From contig NC_010628.1 of assembly GCF_000020025.1 (NCBI RefSeq), positions 7,620,001-7,652,000 on the forward strand: 32,000 bases of DNA. The letters are read 5' to 3'. The DNA is from Nostoc punctiforme PCC 73102. GTDB lineage: Bacteria; Cyanobacteriota; Cyanobacteriia; Cyanobacteriales; Nostocaceae. The position numbers were made by a program, and so were the translations under genes. The notes beneath the pieces are model-generated. The model was not told the origin of the DNA. It saw nothing but the letters and a program-made list of their open reading frames with translations, and made no database searches. Shown piece after piece: positions 17,293-26,834 of this stretch. Every line of letters starts with the position of its first letter. Position 1 is the first letter of the stretch.

Positions 17293-20163
17293 TTACACAG
17301 CTTTCTTGCCCATAATCCGCAAGAATATCTTCTCCGCTTCAATCCACACGAACATTAAGGCACTGAAGCCAATACAAACCCCTAACTCCTGCATATTGAG
17401 GTAGTGAGTACCAAAGAAATCTCGCAGGGGTGGGACGTAAACTAGCATTAACTGCAAAATCGTGGTGACGACAACAGCCGCTAGTACAAAAATATTAGAG
17501 AAGGGATTCATCTCGATAGTCAGTCGATTATTGGAGCGAATGGCGATCGCATGACCCATTTGGGCAATACACAAGGTAGTAAATACCATTGTTTTCCAAG
17601 TTTCGGGATCGCCCTGATACCCAGCAGCATGGGTATGTTGATAAGCCCACCACATCAAGGCAATAGTGATAATGGCAAAAATAATCCCAATGCGAATCAT
17701 ATAAGAACCCAATCCCCTAGCAAAAATACTTTCGCGAGGACTAAAAGGCGGACGTTGCATCACATCCGGTTCTGGAGGTTCCACAGCTAATGCCAAAGCT
17801 GGTAAACCATCTGTCACCAAGTTCATCCACAAAATTTGTAAGGGGGTAAGGGGAACGCCTCCCAAACCAATTAAGGGTGCAGCGGCAATTGTCAGAACTT
17901 CGCCAATGTTACTGCCGAGGATGTATTTAATAAAGCGGCGGATATTGGTGTAAACAACTCTACCTTCCTTGGTGGCGCTGACAATGGTGGCGAAATTGTC
18001 ATCAAGTAATACCATATCGCTGGCTTCTTTACTTACATCAGTGCCAGTAATGCCCATCGCAATCCCGATATCAGCTTGTTTGAGGGCTGGGGCATCGTTA
18101 ACACCATCGCCTGTCATCGCTACAAATCGACCCCGGCGTTGCAGTGCTTGGACAATTCGCAGTTTGTGTTCTGGGGAAACTCTGGCATAGATGCTCACCA
18201 GGTCAACGTTTTGCTCTAATTCCTGGTCAGTCATCCGTTGCAATTCTTGACCTGTGAGAACACGGTCGCCTTCTTGGGCAATTCCCAAATCGGTAGCGAT
18301 CGCTCGTGCTGTTAATTGGTGGTCGCCTGTAATCATCACTGGGCGAATGCCTGCATCTCGACACTCTTGCACAGCTGCCCTTACTTCTGGGCGTGGCGCA
18401 TCTAGCATTCCCACCAATCCCAACCATACCAAGCCTTGCTCTGATGCTTCGTCCGAACCTTCTGGTGGAATTTCTGCGAGGGGTTTGTAGGCAAAACCTA
18501 GCACCCGCAAACCTTTACTCGCCATCAGGTCATTTTCTGCCAAAATTTTCTGGCGTTGTTCTTCAGTTAAGGGGACTGAGTGATTGCCCAAATGAATCTG
18601 AGCAGAACGTGCCAAGGTTAACTCTGGAGAACCTTTGGTAAACATTAAGTAAGATTCAGATTGGAGAAAACCGGCGATCGCTGGGTCAATACCTCTCGAA
18701 GATGCGTCACCTGTAGCGACTCCCTCCACCTGAGAAATCACGCTCATCCGCTTCCGTTCTGAGGAAAAGGGAAACTCTGCAACACGAGGTAATTTACTGT
18801 TCCACTGGTCTTTTTCGATTCCAGCTTTGCCCGCCAGTGTTAACAATGCTCCCTCTGTAGGATCTCCCAAAATCGCCCATTCACCTTGTTCTTTTTGCAA
18901 CACCGAATCATTACAAATAGCACAGGCGACTGATAACGCTGAGATTTCTGGAGAGTCCTCTAGGGAAATTTTTTGACCATCTAACTGAAAGTCTCCCGTG
19001 GGAGCGTAACCTTCGCCGATGACGCGAAAAGTTTTGTTGTTAGTGGAAACCGATTGCACCACCATTTTATTTTGCGTCAGGGTGCCGGTTTTATCAGAAC
19101 AGATGGTGGTTACGGAACCTAATGTTTCTACCGCTGGCAGTTTGCGAATCAAGGCATTTTGGCGCACCATTCGCTGGGTTCCCAGTGCCAATGTAACGGT
19201 AATTACAGCTGGTAAACCTTCTGGCACCACAGCAACCGCCATACTCAAGGAAACTTCCAAAAGTTCTTGGATGTTTTTAAAACCTCCGTCCTTGATGACA
19301 CCACCAACGACGACAATCGCCACCAGAATTAAAGAACCCGTAACCAGGACGTTACCCAGTTGAGTCATTCGCTGCTGTAACGGCGTAGGTTCACTTTCCA
19401 CCGCCTGCAACATCGCAGCAATTTTGCCTAATTCTGTTGTCATGCCGGTGTTAGTCACCAGAACCTTGGCGCGTCCTTGGACTACTTCAGTTCCTTGATA
19501 CACGACATTGAGGCGATCGCCTAATGATGTTTCCTCCAGCAATTTTAGTGATGCCTGTTTATTCACCGCTTCGGCTTCACCAGTCAATGCCGACTCACGC
19601 ACTTGTAAATTAGACTGTTCTATTAAACGTCCATCCGCAGCTATCTGCATTCCAGCTTCCAGCAGCATTACATCCCCTGGAACTAGTTCCTTGGCTGCTA
19701 TCTCCACCAGTCTGGTGTCGCGGATGACCCGTACTAAGGGAGAAGTCATTTTTTTCAGGGCTGCCAAGGCTTTTTCGGCACGGCTTTCTTGGACATAGCC
19801 GAGTATGCCATTGAGAATCACAATTGCTAAGATAGCGATCGTATCTTTAAATGGCACTTCACCAGGCTTTAATCTGCCCTCACGCAAAGCCATCAGGTCT
19901 AAAAACCCAGAAATCAGCGCTACGCCAATCAGCATCAACAACATAATGTTCTTGAACTGATCTAGCAGAATTTCCCAAGCACTACGGCCAGCACTTTCTT
20001 CAAGTTCGTTGGGGCCGTATTTTTGCAACCTCTGTTGAATTTCTTGAGGTGTTAAGCCACTGTCTGCATTACTATCGAGCAGTTCTAGTGCTTTATCAAC
20101 TTCTAAACTATGCCAAACGGCGGCACCTTCAGGCAGAGAATTAGCAGACATCGTGTAGGTCAC
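17293..20163 (-). CDS. pacL: P-type cation-transporting ATPase, P2A (SERCA/PacL-like, probable Ca2+ ATPase)
   Basis: 956-aa ORF. Phosphorylation motif [16 protein letters not shown] in TM4, hinge [15 protein letters not shown] (ESALTGEA), and an N-terminal cation-ATPase-N region ([19 protein letters not shown]). Confidence 0.93.
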   Translation of the reverse strand: MTYTMSANSLPEGAAVWHSLEVDKALELLDSNADSGLTPQEIQQRLQKYGPNELEESAGRSAWEILLDQFKNIMLLMLIGVALISGFLDLMALREGRLKPGEVPFKDTIAILAIVILNGILGYVQESRAEKALAALKKMTSPLVRVIRDTRLVEIAAKELVPGDVMLLEAGMQIAADGRLIEQSNLQVRESALTGEAEAVNKQASLKLLEETSLGDRLNVVYQGTEVVQGRAKVLVTNTGMTTELGKIAAMLQAVESEPTPLQQRMTQLGNVLVTGSLILVAIVVVGGVIKDGGFKNIQELLEVSLSMAVAVVPEGLPAVITVTLALGTQRMVRQNALIRKLPAVETLGSVTTICSDKTGTLTQNKMVVQSVSTNNKTFRVIGEGYAPTGDFQLDGQKISLEDSPEISALSVACAICNDSVLQKEQGEWAILGDPTEGALLTLAGKAGIEKDQWNSKLPRVAEFPFSSERKRMSVISQVEGVATGDASSRGIDPAIAGFLQSESYLMFTKGSPELTLARSAQIHLGNHSVPLTEEQRQKILAENDLMASKGLRVLGFAYKPLAEIPPEGSDEASEQGLVWLGLVGMLDAPRPEVRAAVQECRDAGIRPVMITGDHQLTARAIATDLGIAQEGDRVLTGQELQRMTDQELEQNVDLVSIYARVSPEHKLRIVQALQRRGRFVAMTGDGVNDAPALKQADIGIAMGITGTDVSKEASDMVLLDDNFATIVSATKEGRVVYTNIRRFIKYILGSNIGEVLTIAAAPLIGLGGVPLTPLQILWMNLVTDGLPALALAVEPPEPDVMQRPPFSPRESIFARGLGSYMIRIGIIFAIITIALMWWAYQHTHAAGYQGDPETWKTMVFTTLCIAQMGHAIAIRSNNRLTIEMNPFSNIFVLAAVVVTTILQLMLVYVPPLRDFFGTHYLNMQELGVCIGFSALMFVWIEAEKIFLRIMGKKAV

Positions 20164-20779
20164 AGCAAATGGTTACAAAATTCGATCATAATTTAGTGAT
20201 GGCAGGAATTCCATCTTCTAAAGTTACATTAAGGCGATCGCCTAGTTATGTGAAGGAGGCGGAAGGAACTTTTCAGTTGGGGATTAGACCCCGAATGAAT
20301 TTAAGTCATTGAACTCACTGAACTATCGTTAATGGGGTTTTAAACCCAAGCTTGCTCTGGTGGCAGCAGTTCAAGAGTGAGGACATTTTTCCTCCTGCCT
20401 TGCTTGATAAATGTATATGTAATTCTTAACATTTGTAAATCTTCCTATTTTGACATAGTATTATTTCTCACGAAAGAGTTGATCGGAACACATTTTACCG
20501 ATAATTATGAGTAATAGAGCTTTGAAGCTTTGTTACAGAGGATATGTCACAATTAATTTTAGGCTGCCATTCCTTTCATTTCATCCCGTAGTCAATAGCC
20601 AGGATGTATGGCACGATTGCATTTCTTCATTTTTAATTTTGCGGAAAGTTGAGCCAGTCCCTTGCGTATTTCGCTGCTCAAGTAAACTGGAGTGCCATTA
20701 GGGTTTTCCAATCTAGCAAACTTTTCCAGCTGAATTTTGAATTTTGAATTAACCAGGCGTGCTAAACCATTCAATAAAT

Positions 20780-22459
20780 ATGCTTAATATGAGTTTTGCA
20801 CTCCCCACTTTGACCGTTAGCCAGATGTTTGGGCAAAAAACGATTCGACCGCTTACTGCTGCTACCCTGTGTGGCATTACTTTCATTAAAGATAGACTTA
20901 TTGCCATTGACAGTATTAAAGGGCATCTACTGGAGATTGATCCCACCTCTGACAACAGCAAAATTCTCAATCCCCATCAAGTTAAAGAATTTACCGATGT
21001 CACTGGTATAGCGGTATGGGAAGATTCCCTGTGGGTGAGCCGAGAAAATAGTGTTTACTTGTGCAAGCTCAATGCTTTGGGTCTGGAACATTTTGTGACA
21101 TTGCCTTATCCGGCTGACGGTGTTGCTGTTTGGGAAACAACAGTTTATGTCAGCTGCCAACGGCTGGGCTACATTTTGGTTTATGACCGCGAAACACGAA
21201 AAGAGATTACCAGATTTTATGCCCCTGGAGTTGGGATAGAGAATCTAACTGTCAATCAAGAAATGCTATGGATTTGCGATCGCACCGAACAATCAGTGTA
21301 CGCAATGGACAGAGCAACAGGAGAACTTCAATTTAGTGTCTTGACACCCTTTGAATGTCCTACAGGCATCGCCATCCATAAAAACGGGGAAACAGGCGAA
21401 GAAAGTATCTACGTCGCCTACGCCTCAGAGGAGCCTTATATCCGGGATAACCCCAATGCCGATCCGAGTCATGAGCTAACATTCCGCGATCGCACTTTTA
21501 TTCATCCCCTGCATTATCATTACCAGCCAGATAAGCGCTACGCCCTCTCTAACGGCTATCTCATTGAAATGTCTTATGCTGAGGAAATTGCACCCTTAGA
21601 CGAGGTGTATTTACCTGATGTAGAATGGCGCATCGCCCTACCATCGGAAACTGAGCGTCAAAAGGTGAAACACGTTGAACCAATTGGTATACCCTTTACC
21701 GAAGAAGTGATCGAAGGGCAACGTGTAGCAGTCTTTAAATTTGATTCTCTTGCTCCAGGTGAACGGCATATATTTGGCTGGAAAGCACTTGTGGAAGTCC
21801 GAGGAATTAAGTATCGCATCACACCGAGAGATGTTGAAGATATACCTGAATTATCTCCAGAATTACAAACGCGCTACCTAGTAGATGACGACGATTTAGC
21901 AATGGATACTACCATTGTTCGCCGTGCCGCCAGAGAAGCAATCGGTTCTGAAACCAATGTACTGCGGAAAATGCACAGCATCCGCAACTACGTATACGAC
22001 CAGTTATCTTACGGTATTAAGCCCTACATTGACACGCCAGATATAGTTTTAGAACGGGGCGTTGGTTCCTGTGGCGAATATGTCGGGGTATTGCTTGCCC
22101 TATCTCGTTTAAATGGCATCCCCTGCCGCACCGTAGGTAGGTACAAATGTCCTCCCCATAGTGACTTTATAGGTGTACCGCTACAACCAGACTTTAATCA
22201 TGTTTGGCTAGAATTCTACGTCCCAAATTTTGGTTGGTTGCCAATGGAATCAAATCCTGACGATGTGGGTGAAGGTGGCCCTTATCCGACGCGCTTTTTT
22301 ATGGGCTTATGCTGGTATCACATTGAAATTGGCAAAGGTATCACCTTTGAAACCGTGACAAGTCAAGGTACGCGGCTAACCAAAGAAGATATCCCCATCG
22401 GTGATTTGGCGATTAATCATATTCGGTTCACAATTCTTAAAGAATTGCCGCCCTTTTGA
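20780..22459 (+). CDS. transglutaminase-core domain protein with N-terminal beta-propeller-like repeats
   Basis: C-terminal Cys-His-Asp core: GVGSCGEYVGVLLALSRLNGIPCR ... FNHVWLEFYVPNFGWLPMESNPDD. The N-terminal half has about 40-aa repeats (GIAVWEDSLWVS / GVAVWETTVYVS / IENLTVNQEMLWICD / GIAIH...IYVAY). ATG 20780 is preferred over GTG 20759. Confidence 0.85.
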   Translation: MLNMSFALPTLTVSQMFGQKTIRPLTAATLCGITFIKDRLIAIDSIKGHLLEIDPTSDNSKILNPHQVKEFTDVTGIAVWEDSLWVSRENSVYLCKLNALGLEHFVTLPYPADGVAVWETTVYVSCQRLGYILVYDRETRKEITRFYAPGVGIENLTVNQEMLWICDRTEQSVYAMDRATGELQFSVLTPFECPTGIAIHKNGETGEESIYVAYASEEPYIRDNPNADPSHELTFRDRTFIHPLHYHYQPDKRYALSNGYLIEMSYAEEIAPLDEVYLPDVEWRIALPSETERQKVKHVEPIGIPFTEEVIEGQRVAVFKFDSLAPGERHIFGWKALVEVRGIKYRITPRDVEDIPELSPELQTRYLVDDDDLAMDTTIVRRAAREAIGSETNVLRKMHSIRNYVYDQLSYGIKPYIDTPDIVLERGVGSCGEYVGVLLALSRLNGIPCRTVGRYKCPPHSDFIGVPLQPDFNHVWLEFYVPNFGWLPMESNPDDVGEGGPYPTRFFMGLCWYHIEIGKGITFETVTSQGTRLTKEDIPIGDLAINHIRFTILKELPPF

Positions 22460-22529
22460 ATTTGGGCATTAGGCATTAGTATTCTCCCTCCGCCTGCTCC
22501 CTCCGCTTCCGCATCTCTCCCAACTCCCA

Positions 22530-23384
22530 TTAGCTATGGGCTCTTAAACTTGGCAGTGGATATGATTGAGTTTGCTTAAAATCGGCAAATTCACAGATTG
22601 AGTTAAATGGGCAAAAGCGGCAATGGGAGCCAGGATTTGGAGGGAAAATTTTACTAAAATTAGTAGTTTTTTCCTGATATTTTTGCAAATCGTGCTGGTG
22701 CTTGTGGGCAATATTAGCTAACTCAAATTTTAAAGATTCTAACTCGTAATTATTGATGCTAATTAACTCAGACTTTTTACATATTTCTAAATTATAAAAT
22801 GATGCGACAGCTTCGTGTCCAGGGTAAAGATAACGAGCAGCTAGTAAATAAACTAATGCCTGTCGCTTGTCAAAAGCTGACTTACCTGTTTTGAAATCTA
22901 AAATATGTAATGTGCTATCAGATTCAATAAAAACGCAGTCCATAGCTGCATATAAGCGAAAGCAATAATCTTCTTGTTCAACTACTATTGGCTTAGGAAA
23001 GCCTTCATCACCGGGAGTTAATTGGATAATATCTTTATCCAAAAGCAACGGCGCATCATGATATTTTTGCAAAATTTGCAGCACGCGTTGCTGGACTTGA
23101 ACGCTTGAGTTGCCTAATTTAAGTAACTGTGCGACTCTTTCTACACCATCTGATTGCTTCAGCAGATGCCTATGATGATGAAACTCATAAACACCTTTTT
23201 GCGCGAGTATGCCAATGCGCTGGGGTGCAGTGGCTTGCGCTAGGAGTGCTTTGACTTGTGGTTCGTGTTGCCGTGCTTTGATAAACCCCCGTCTCATCTG
23301 GCAATGCCAGCGTTCTTGCCCAGTCGCTGGGGCAACTAGAGACCAAAGGTGATAACTGGCAAAAGGTCGATCGGGGGTTGACAT
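22530..23384 (-). CDS. PD-(D/E)XK nuclease, Cas4/RecB-like, with 4-Cys Fe-S signature
   Basis: 284-aa ORF. Motifs D...ILDFKTGK and RQALVY (QxxxY). One N-terminal Cys (WHCQ) plus C-terminal CRFCPFNSIC (C-x2-C-x5-C). Confidence 0.75.
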   Translation of the reverse strand: MSTPDRPFASYHLWSLVAPATGQERWHCQMRRGFIKARQHEPQVKALLAQATAPQRIGILAQKGVYEFHHHRHLLKQSDGVERVAQLLKLGNSSVQVQQRVLQILQKYHDAPLLLDKDIIQLTPGDEGFPKPIVVEQEDYCFRLYAAMDCVFIESDSTLHILDFKTGKSAFDKRQALVYLLAARYLYPGHEAVASFYNLEICKKSELISINNYELESLKFELANIAHKHQHDLQKYQEKTTNFSKIFPPNPGSHCRFCPFNSICEFADFKQTQSYPLPSLRAHS

Positions 23385-23521
23385 TGCTCAGAAACAGTGA
23401 GAGAAAATACGGTGGGGAGAAGTTTAAACTAAGGCTTACTTAGAAAAGAACTTCGGAGGATAGTTGCTGCTACACACGCTTTGCAGGAAGCTTTTATAGT
23501 ACTGATAATGTACGGGAGCAA

Positions 23522-24946
23522 GTGGCAAGAATGTCTAGCAAGATAAAATTTGGTACCGATGGATGGCGAGGGATTATTGCCGATGACTTTACTTTCCCCA
23601 ATGTGAGAAAAGTAACAAGGGCAATTGCCACTTACTTGGAAACAGCCTACACAAAAAATAGACCAGTACTTATTGCCTACGATACTCGCTTTTTAGCTGA
23701 CCAGTTTGCCAAAACTGCGGCCCAAGTACTGGCAGACTTGGGTTGGACTGTGAAAATTACCGTTCGGGATTGCCCCACACCAGTAATTGCCTACAACGCC
23801 CGTCACCTAAATTCCGCAGGGGCGTTAATGTTTACTGCTAGTCATAATCCAGCACCTTACTGTGGAATTAAATATATACCCGATTATGCTGGGCCTGCCA
23901 CTCCAGAGATTACTGATACTATTGTGGCAAATATAGAAAGTGCATCGGATGAGTTACCTGGAAGTAACCCATCAGGTTCAATTTCAATTTTCGATCCGAA
24001 ACCTGATTACCTGCAATTTATCTACACTCTACTTGATATAGAAAAGATCAAAAGGGCTAATTTAAAGGTAAAGTACGATGCTTTGTATTCTACCTCCCGT
24101 GGCTATTTAGATGAAGTTTTGCAGCATAGTGGTGTTCAGTTAGAAAGTTTCCACGATTGGAGGGATGTTTTATTTGGCGGTGGAATGCCAGAACCCAAAG
24201 GAGAACAATTAGTTGAGTTAGTGGAAGCAGTAGTCCGCGATCAAGCTGATTTGGGCTTGGCAACGGATGGAGATAGCGATCGCTTTGGTATTGTTGATGA
24301 ACAAGGAACTGTCCTCACTCCGAATACTGTGTTGTTAGTTCTAGCACGTCATTTAATTAAAAACAAAGGTAAAACTGGCGCGATAGTCCGCACTGTGGCG
24401 ACAACCCACCTGTTGGATAATTTCGCTGCTAAAAATGGGCTGCAAATTTACGAAACAGCAGTTGGTTTTAAATACATCGGTGAAAAAATGCGGGAAACTG
24501 CCGTATTAATTGGTGGAGAAGAATCAGGCGGTTTGAGTATTATCGGGCATATTCCCGAAAAAGACGGGGTATTAGCCGATATGCTGGTGGCAGAAGCGAT
24601 CGCTTATGAAGGTAAACCTTTAAGTCAGATGGTTAAGGAAGCGATCGCTGAAGCCGATGGGCCACTTTACAACAACCGCCTAGACTTGCACCTCACAGAG
24701 GCTCATAAAACCGCCGTTATCGACTCCTTTACTAAAAACCCACCTACAGAGGTAGTAGGAATTAAAGTCAAGGAAGTCGGGCGTAAAGACGGTATTAAGC
24801 TGTATTTAGAAGAAGGTAGCTGGGTTTTACTGCGTCCCTCCGGTACAGAACCACTGGTGCGCGTCTACCTAGAAACCAACACTCCCGAAAAACTCACCCA
24901 AATTGCCCAAGAGTTAGAGAGTGTCATTGCTAAATTAGAGGGATAA
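23522..24946 (+). CDS. alpha-D-phosphohexomutase (phosphoglucomutase/phosphomannomutase family)
   Basis: Active-site TASHNP, metal loop DGDSDR, sugar loop GEESGG, phosphate loop RPSGTEP. GTG 23522 or ATG 23531 as start. Confidence 0.9.
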   Translation: MARMSSKIKFGTDGWRGIIADDFTFPNVRKVTRAIATYLETAYTKNRPVLIAYDTRFLADQFAKTAAQVLADLGWTVKITVRDCPTPVIAYNARHLNSAGALMFTASHNPAPYCGIKYIPDYAGPATPEITDTIVANIESASDELPGSNPSGSISIFDPKPDYLQFIYTLLDIEKIKRANLKVKYDALYSTSRGYLDEVLQHSGVQLESFHDWRDVLFGGGMPEPKGEQLVELVEAVVRDQADLGLATDGDSDRFGIVDEQGTVLTPNTVLLVLARHLIKNKGKTGAIVRTVATTHLLDNFAAKNGLQIYETAVGFKYIGEKMRETAVLIGGEESGGLSIIGHIPEKDGVLADMLVAEAIAYEGKPLSQMVKEAIAEADGPLYNNRLDLHLTEAHKTAVIDSFTKNPPTEVVGIKVKEVGRKDGIKLYLEEGSWVLLRPSGTEPLVRVYLETNTPEKLTQIAQELESVIAKLEG

Positions 24947-25032
24947 GAATTAGCAGTTAAAAATTAAGAGTTATAAATTAACAATTCTTCACTTCTATTA
25001 ACAGTTATCTCACTCCTAACTTTGCTCAAAGT

Positions 25033-25308
25033 ATGAAAATCGCTCCTTTTTTGACATCTCTAGTTGTAGCGGTTTGGATAATCGCGATCGCAATTATTTC
25101 AGTTCAAAATGCCACACCCGTATCGTTAAAATTCTTAACATTCCAATCGATTCAAATACCAATGGGTTTAGTGCTAGCTTTTAGTGCCTGTTTAGGGTTA
25201 ATTGGCATGGCACTGCTGCAACCTCTCTGGGGACTTGCTGGTATTGGCCAGGGTAATTCTCGATTAGAAGACGATGCGGAATTTTTTGTTGACGATGAAG
25301 ATTTTTGA
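25033..25308 (+). CDS. small membrane protein, DUF1049 / LapA-domain-like
   Basis: 91-aa ORF with two hydrophobic helices (WIIAIAIISVQNATPVSLKFL... pattern) and an acidic C-terminal tail. Confidence 0.65.
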   Translation: MKIAPFLTSLVVAVWIIAIAIISVQNATPVSLKFLTFQSIQIPMGLVLAFSACLGLIGMALLQPLWGLAGIGQGNSRLEDDAEFFVDDEDF

Positions 25309-25311
25309 GGA

Positions 25312-25545
25312 TTGATAGCTGTGCAGTATCAAAACATTATTACAATCGAACCAGGAAAACGAGGTGGTAAGCCTTGTATTCGAGGAATGCGAATTACTGT
25401 ATACGATGTTTTATCTTATCTTGCCTCTGGCATGACCTACGAGGAATTGCTTGATGACTTTCCTTATTTGACACAAGAGGATATTTTGGCTTGCCTAAGC
25501 TATGCGGCTGATCGAGAACGGCAAATGCTAACAATGCAAGCATGA
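25312..25545 (+). CDS. DUF433 family protein (putative antitoxin-like partner)
   Basis: 77-aa ORF. GKRGGKPCIRGMRITVYDVLSYLASGMTYEELLDDFPYLTQEDILACLSYAA matches the DUF433 consensus. ATGA overlap with the next ORF. Confidence 0.8.
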   Translation: MIAVQYQNIITIEPGKRGGKPCIRGMRITVYDVLSYLASGMTYEELLDDFPYLTQEDILACLSYAADRERQMLTMQA

Positions 25546-25874
25546 AGTTATTGTTTGACCATAACTTATCACCTCGGTTAGTTGATCGGCTGGCTGACAT
25601 GTATCCAAACTCTCAGCATCTTTTTCTTATAAGCTTAGATCAAGCAGATGATCTAACTGTTTGGGAGTATGCCCGACAAAGTGGATTTACTGTTGTCACC
25701 AGAGATGCTGATTTTAATGAGTTGAGCATTTTGCGAGGATTTCCTCCGAAAGTGATTTGGATTCGTTATGGCAATTGTTCAACCAGACAGATTGAAGAGA
25801 TTTTGCGATCGCATGTAGAGGATATCCAAGCTTTTGACAAAAATCCAGATTTGGGAGTTTTGACATTGTATTAG
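25542..25874 (+). CDS. DUF5615 family PIN-like (Mut7-C-like) protein, putative toxin
   Basis: 110-aa ORF. MKLLFDHNLSPRLV..., VVTRDADF and PPKVIWIRYGNCSTRQIEEIL are typical of DUF5615. 4-nt overlap with the DUF433 gene. Confidence 0.8.
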   Translation: MKLLFDHNLSPRLVDRLADMYPNSQHLFLISLDQADDLTVWEYARQSGFTVVTRDADFNELSILRGFPPKVIWIRYGNCSTRQIEEILRSHVEDIQAFDKNPDLGVLTLY

Positions 25875-25885
25875 ATTTGGAAATT

Positions 25886-26143
25886 ATGGAAGCTGAGTAT
25901 GATTTTAGTCAGGGCAAGCAGGAAGCGATTGAATCAACATCAACAGGCAAAACTCGAATTACAATTCGCCTAGATGATGAAGTACTAGCATGGTTTCGTG
26001 ACCAAGTTCACGCAGCAGGTGGAGGAAATTACCAAACTTTGATTAACGATGCCTTGCGTGAGTACATTCAGCAGCGCCGTGAACCTTTAGAAGATACATT
26101 AAGGCGAGTATTGCGAGAGGAACTTGAGCGCATCGGAAAATGA
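25886..26143 (+). CDS. BrnA-type (ribbon-helix-helix/CopG-like) antitoxin homologue with no adjacent BrnT
   Basis: ATG 25886 (MEAEYDFSQGK...) is preferred; TTG 25877 is possible. RITIRLDDEVLAWFRDQV...GGNYQTLINDALREYI matches the BrnA/DUF4415 C-terminal module. It starts 2-11 nt after the DUF5615 stop. Confidence 0.65.
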   Translation: MEAEYDFSQGKQEAIESTSTGKTRITIRLDDEVLAWFRDQVHAAGGGNYQTLINDALREYIQQRREPLEDTLRRVLREELERIGK

Positions 26144-26177
26144 GAATATTTGGGCTTGCCTAAGATCGAGAAAGGTT

Positions 26178-26481
26178 ATGAACGTAACTTATAAAACAGA
26201 TTTTAATTTGTGGATTGAACAGACAGCCCAACTATTGCGATCACAATAGTTGGCATGAAGTTGATGTAGAAAATCTGATTGAAGAGGTTGAAGGCTTGGG
26301 CAAAAGTGAACGGCGGAGTATTGCCAGTCAACTAACTCGCTTACTCTTGCATCTGCTCAAGTGGCAATATCAACCCCAGCGTCGCTCAGATAGTTGGCTC
26401 GATTCCATCACTGATTCTCGCACCCAAATTGAGTTGGCAATATCTTGTGTGATCGCACTCGGTCTGACACTAGAATATTAA
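26178..26481 (+). pseudogene. DUF29 family gene, frameshifted and 3'-truncated
   Basis: Frame A from ATG 26178 reads MNVTYKTDFNLWIEQTAQLLRSQ and stops at TAG 26247. The DUF29 consensus then continues in the +1 frame from 26251 (WHEVDVENLIEEVEGLGKSERRSIASQLTRLLLHLLKWQYQPQRRSDSWLDSI...). Family-like sequence is lost after ...RTQIELAI, roughly 60 aa short of normal length. Confidence 0.7.
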
Positions 26482-26546
26482 TCACAAACCGAGCAATTTA
26501 TATATTTTTAGAGTTCTTTGCCCGGTGTCACTGGTATATTGAGTCC

Positions 26547-26834
26547 ATGAAGTTTGAGTGGGATGAGCGTAAAAACCAAAGCAACATCACAAAGCATGGT
26601 TTCGACTTTGCTGATGCTTTCCGTATCTTTAATCTACCCATTCTTGTCTACCTAGATGAACGAGAGGACTATGGAGAGGATCGGTATCTCGGCATTGGAC
26701 TCCTTGATGGACGAATCGTAGTAGTTATTTACACCGAGCCAGATGAAGAAATGGTTCGGATCATCTCATTAAGAAAGGCACTGTCTCACGAACGAAAACG
26801 CTATGAACAATACCTCAAAAACCGATTGGGTTAG
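26547..26834 (+). CDS. brnT: BrnT family toxin (DUF497)
   Basis: MKFEWDERKNQSNITKHGFDFADAFRIF... is the canonical BrnT N-terminus, followed by ...RIISLRKA. The start is set at ATG 26547; the ORF-track extension from 26445 has no family-like sequence. Confidence 0.85.
   Translation: MKFEWDERKNQSNITKHGFDFADAFRIFNLPILVYLDEREDYGEDRYLGIGLLDGRIVVVIYTEPDEEMVRIISLRKALSHERKRYEQYLKNRLG

Noticed and set aside
17551-19798. Several 66-114-aa ORFs on both strands inside the P-type ATPase gene
   Set aside because: These are shadow ORFs, antisense or out of frame within a strongly supported 956-aa CDS. The same applies to the ORFs nested inside cbiM, cbiQ, the porin gene, the pps-like gene, recF, the acyltransferase gene, ndhD and the Uma2 gene.
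20164-20500. Riboswitch or leader structure upstream of the P-type ATPase
   Set aside because: Only short generic hairpins are present (GGGGATTAGACCCC, GGGGTTTTAAACCC), with no match to any riboswitch core I can recall.
26445-26546. 34-codon upstream extension of BrnT in the ORF track
   Set aside because: The BrnT family begins MKFEWDE.... The extension overlaps the DUF29 remnant and has no family-like sequence.
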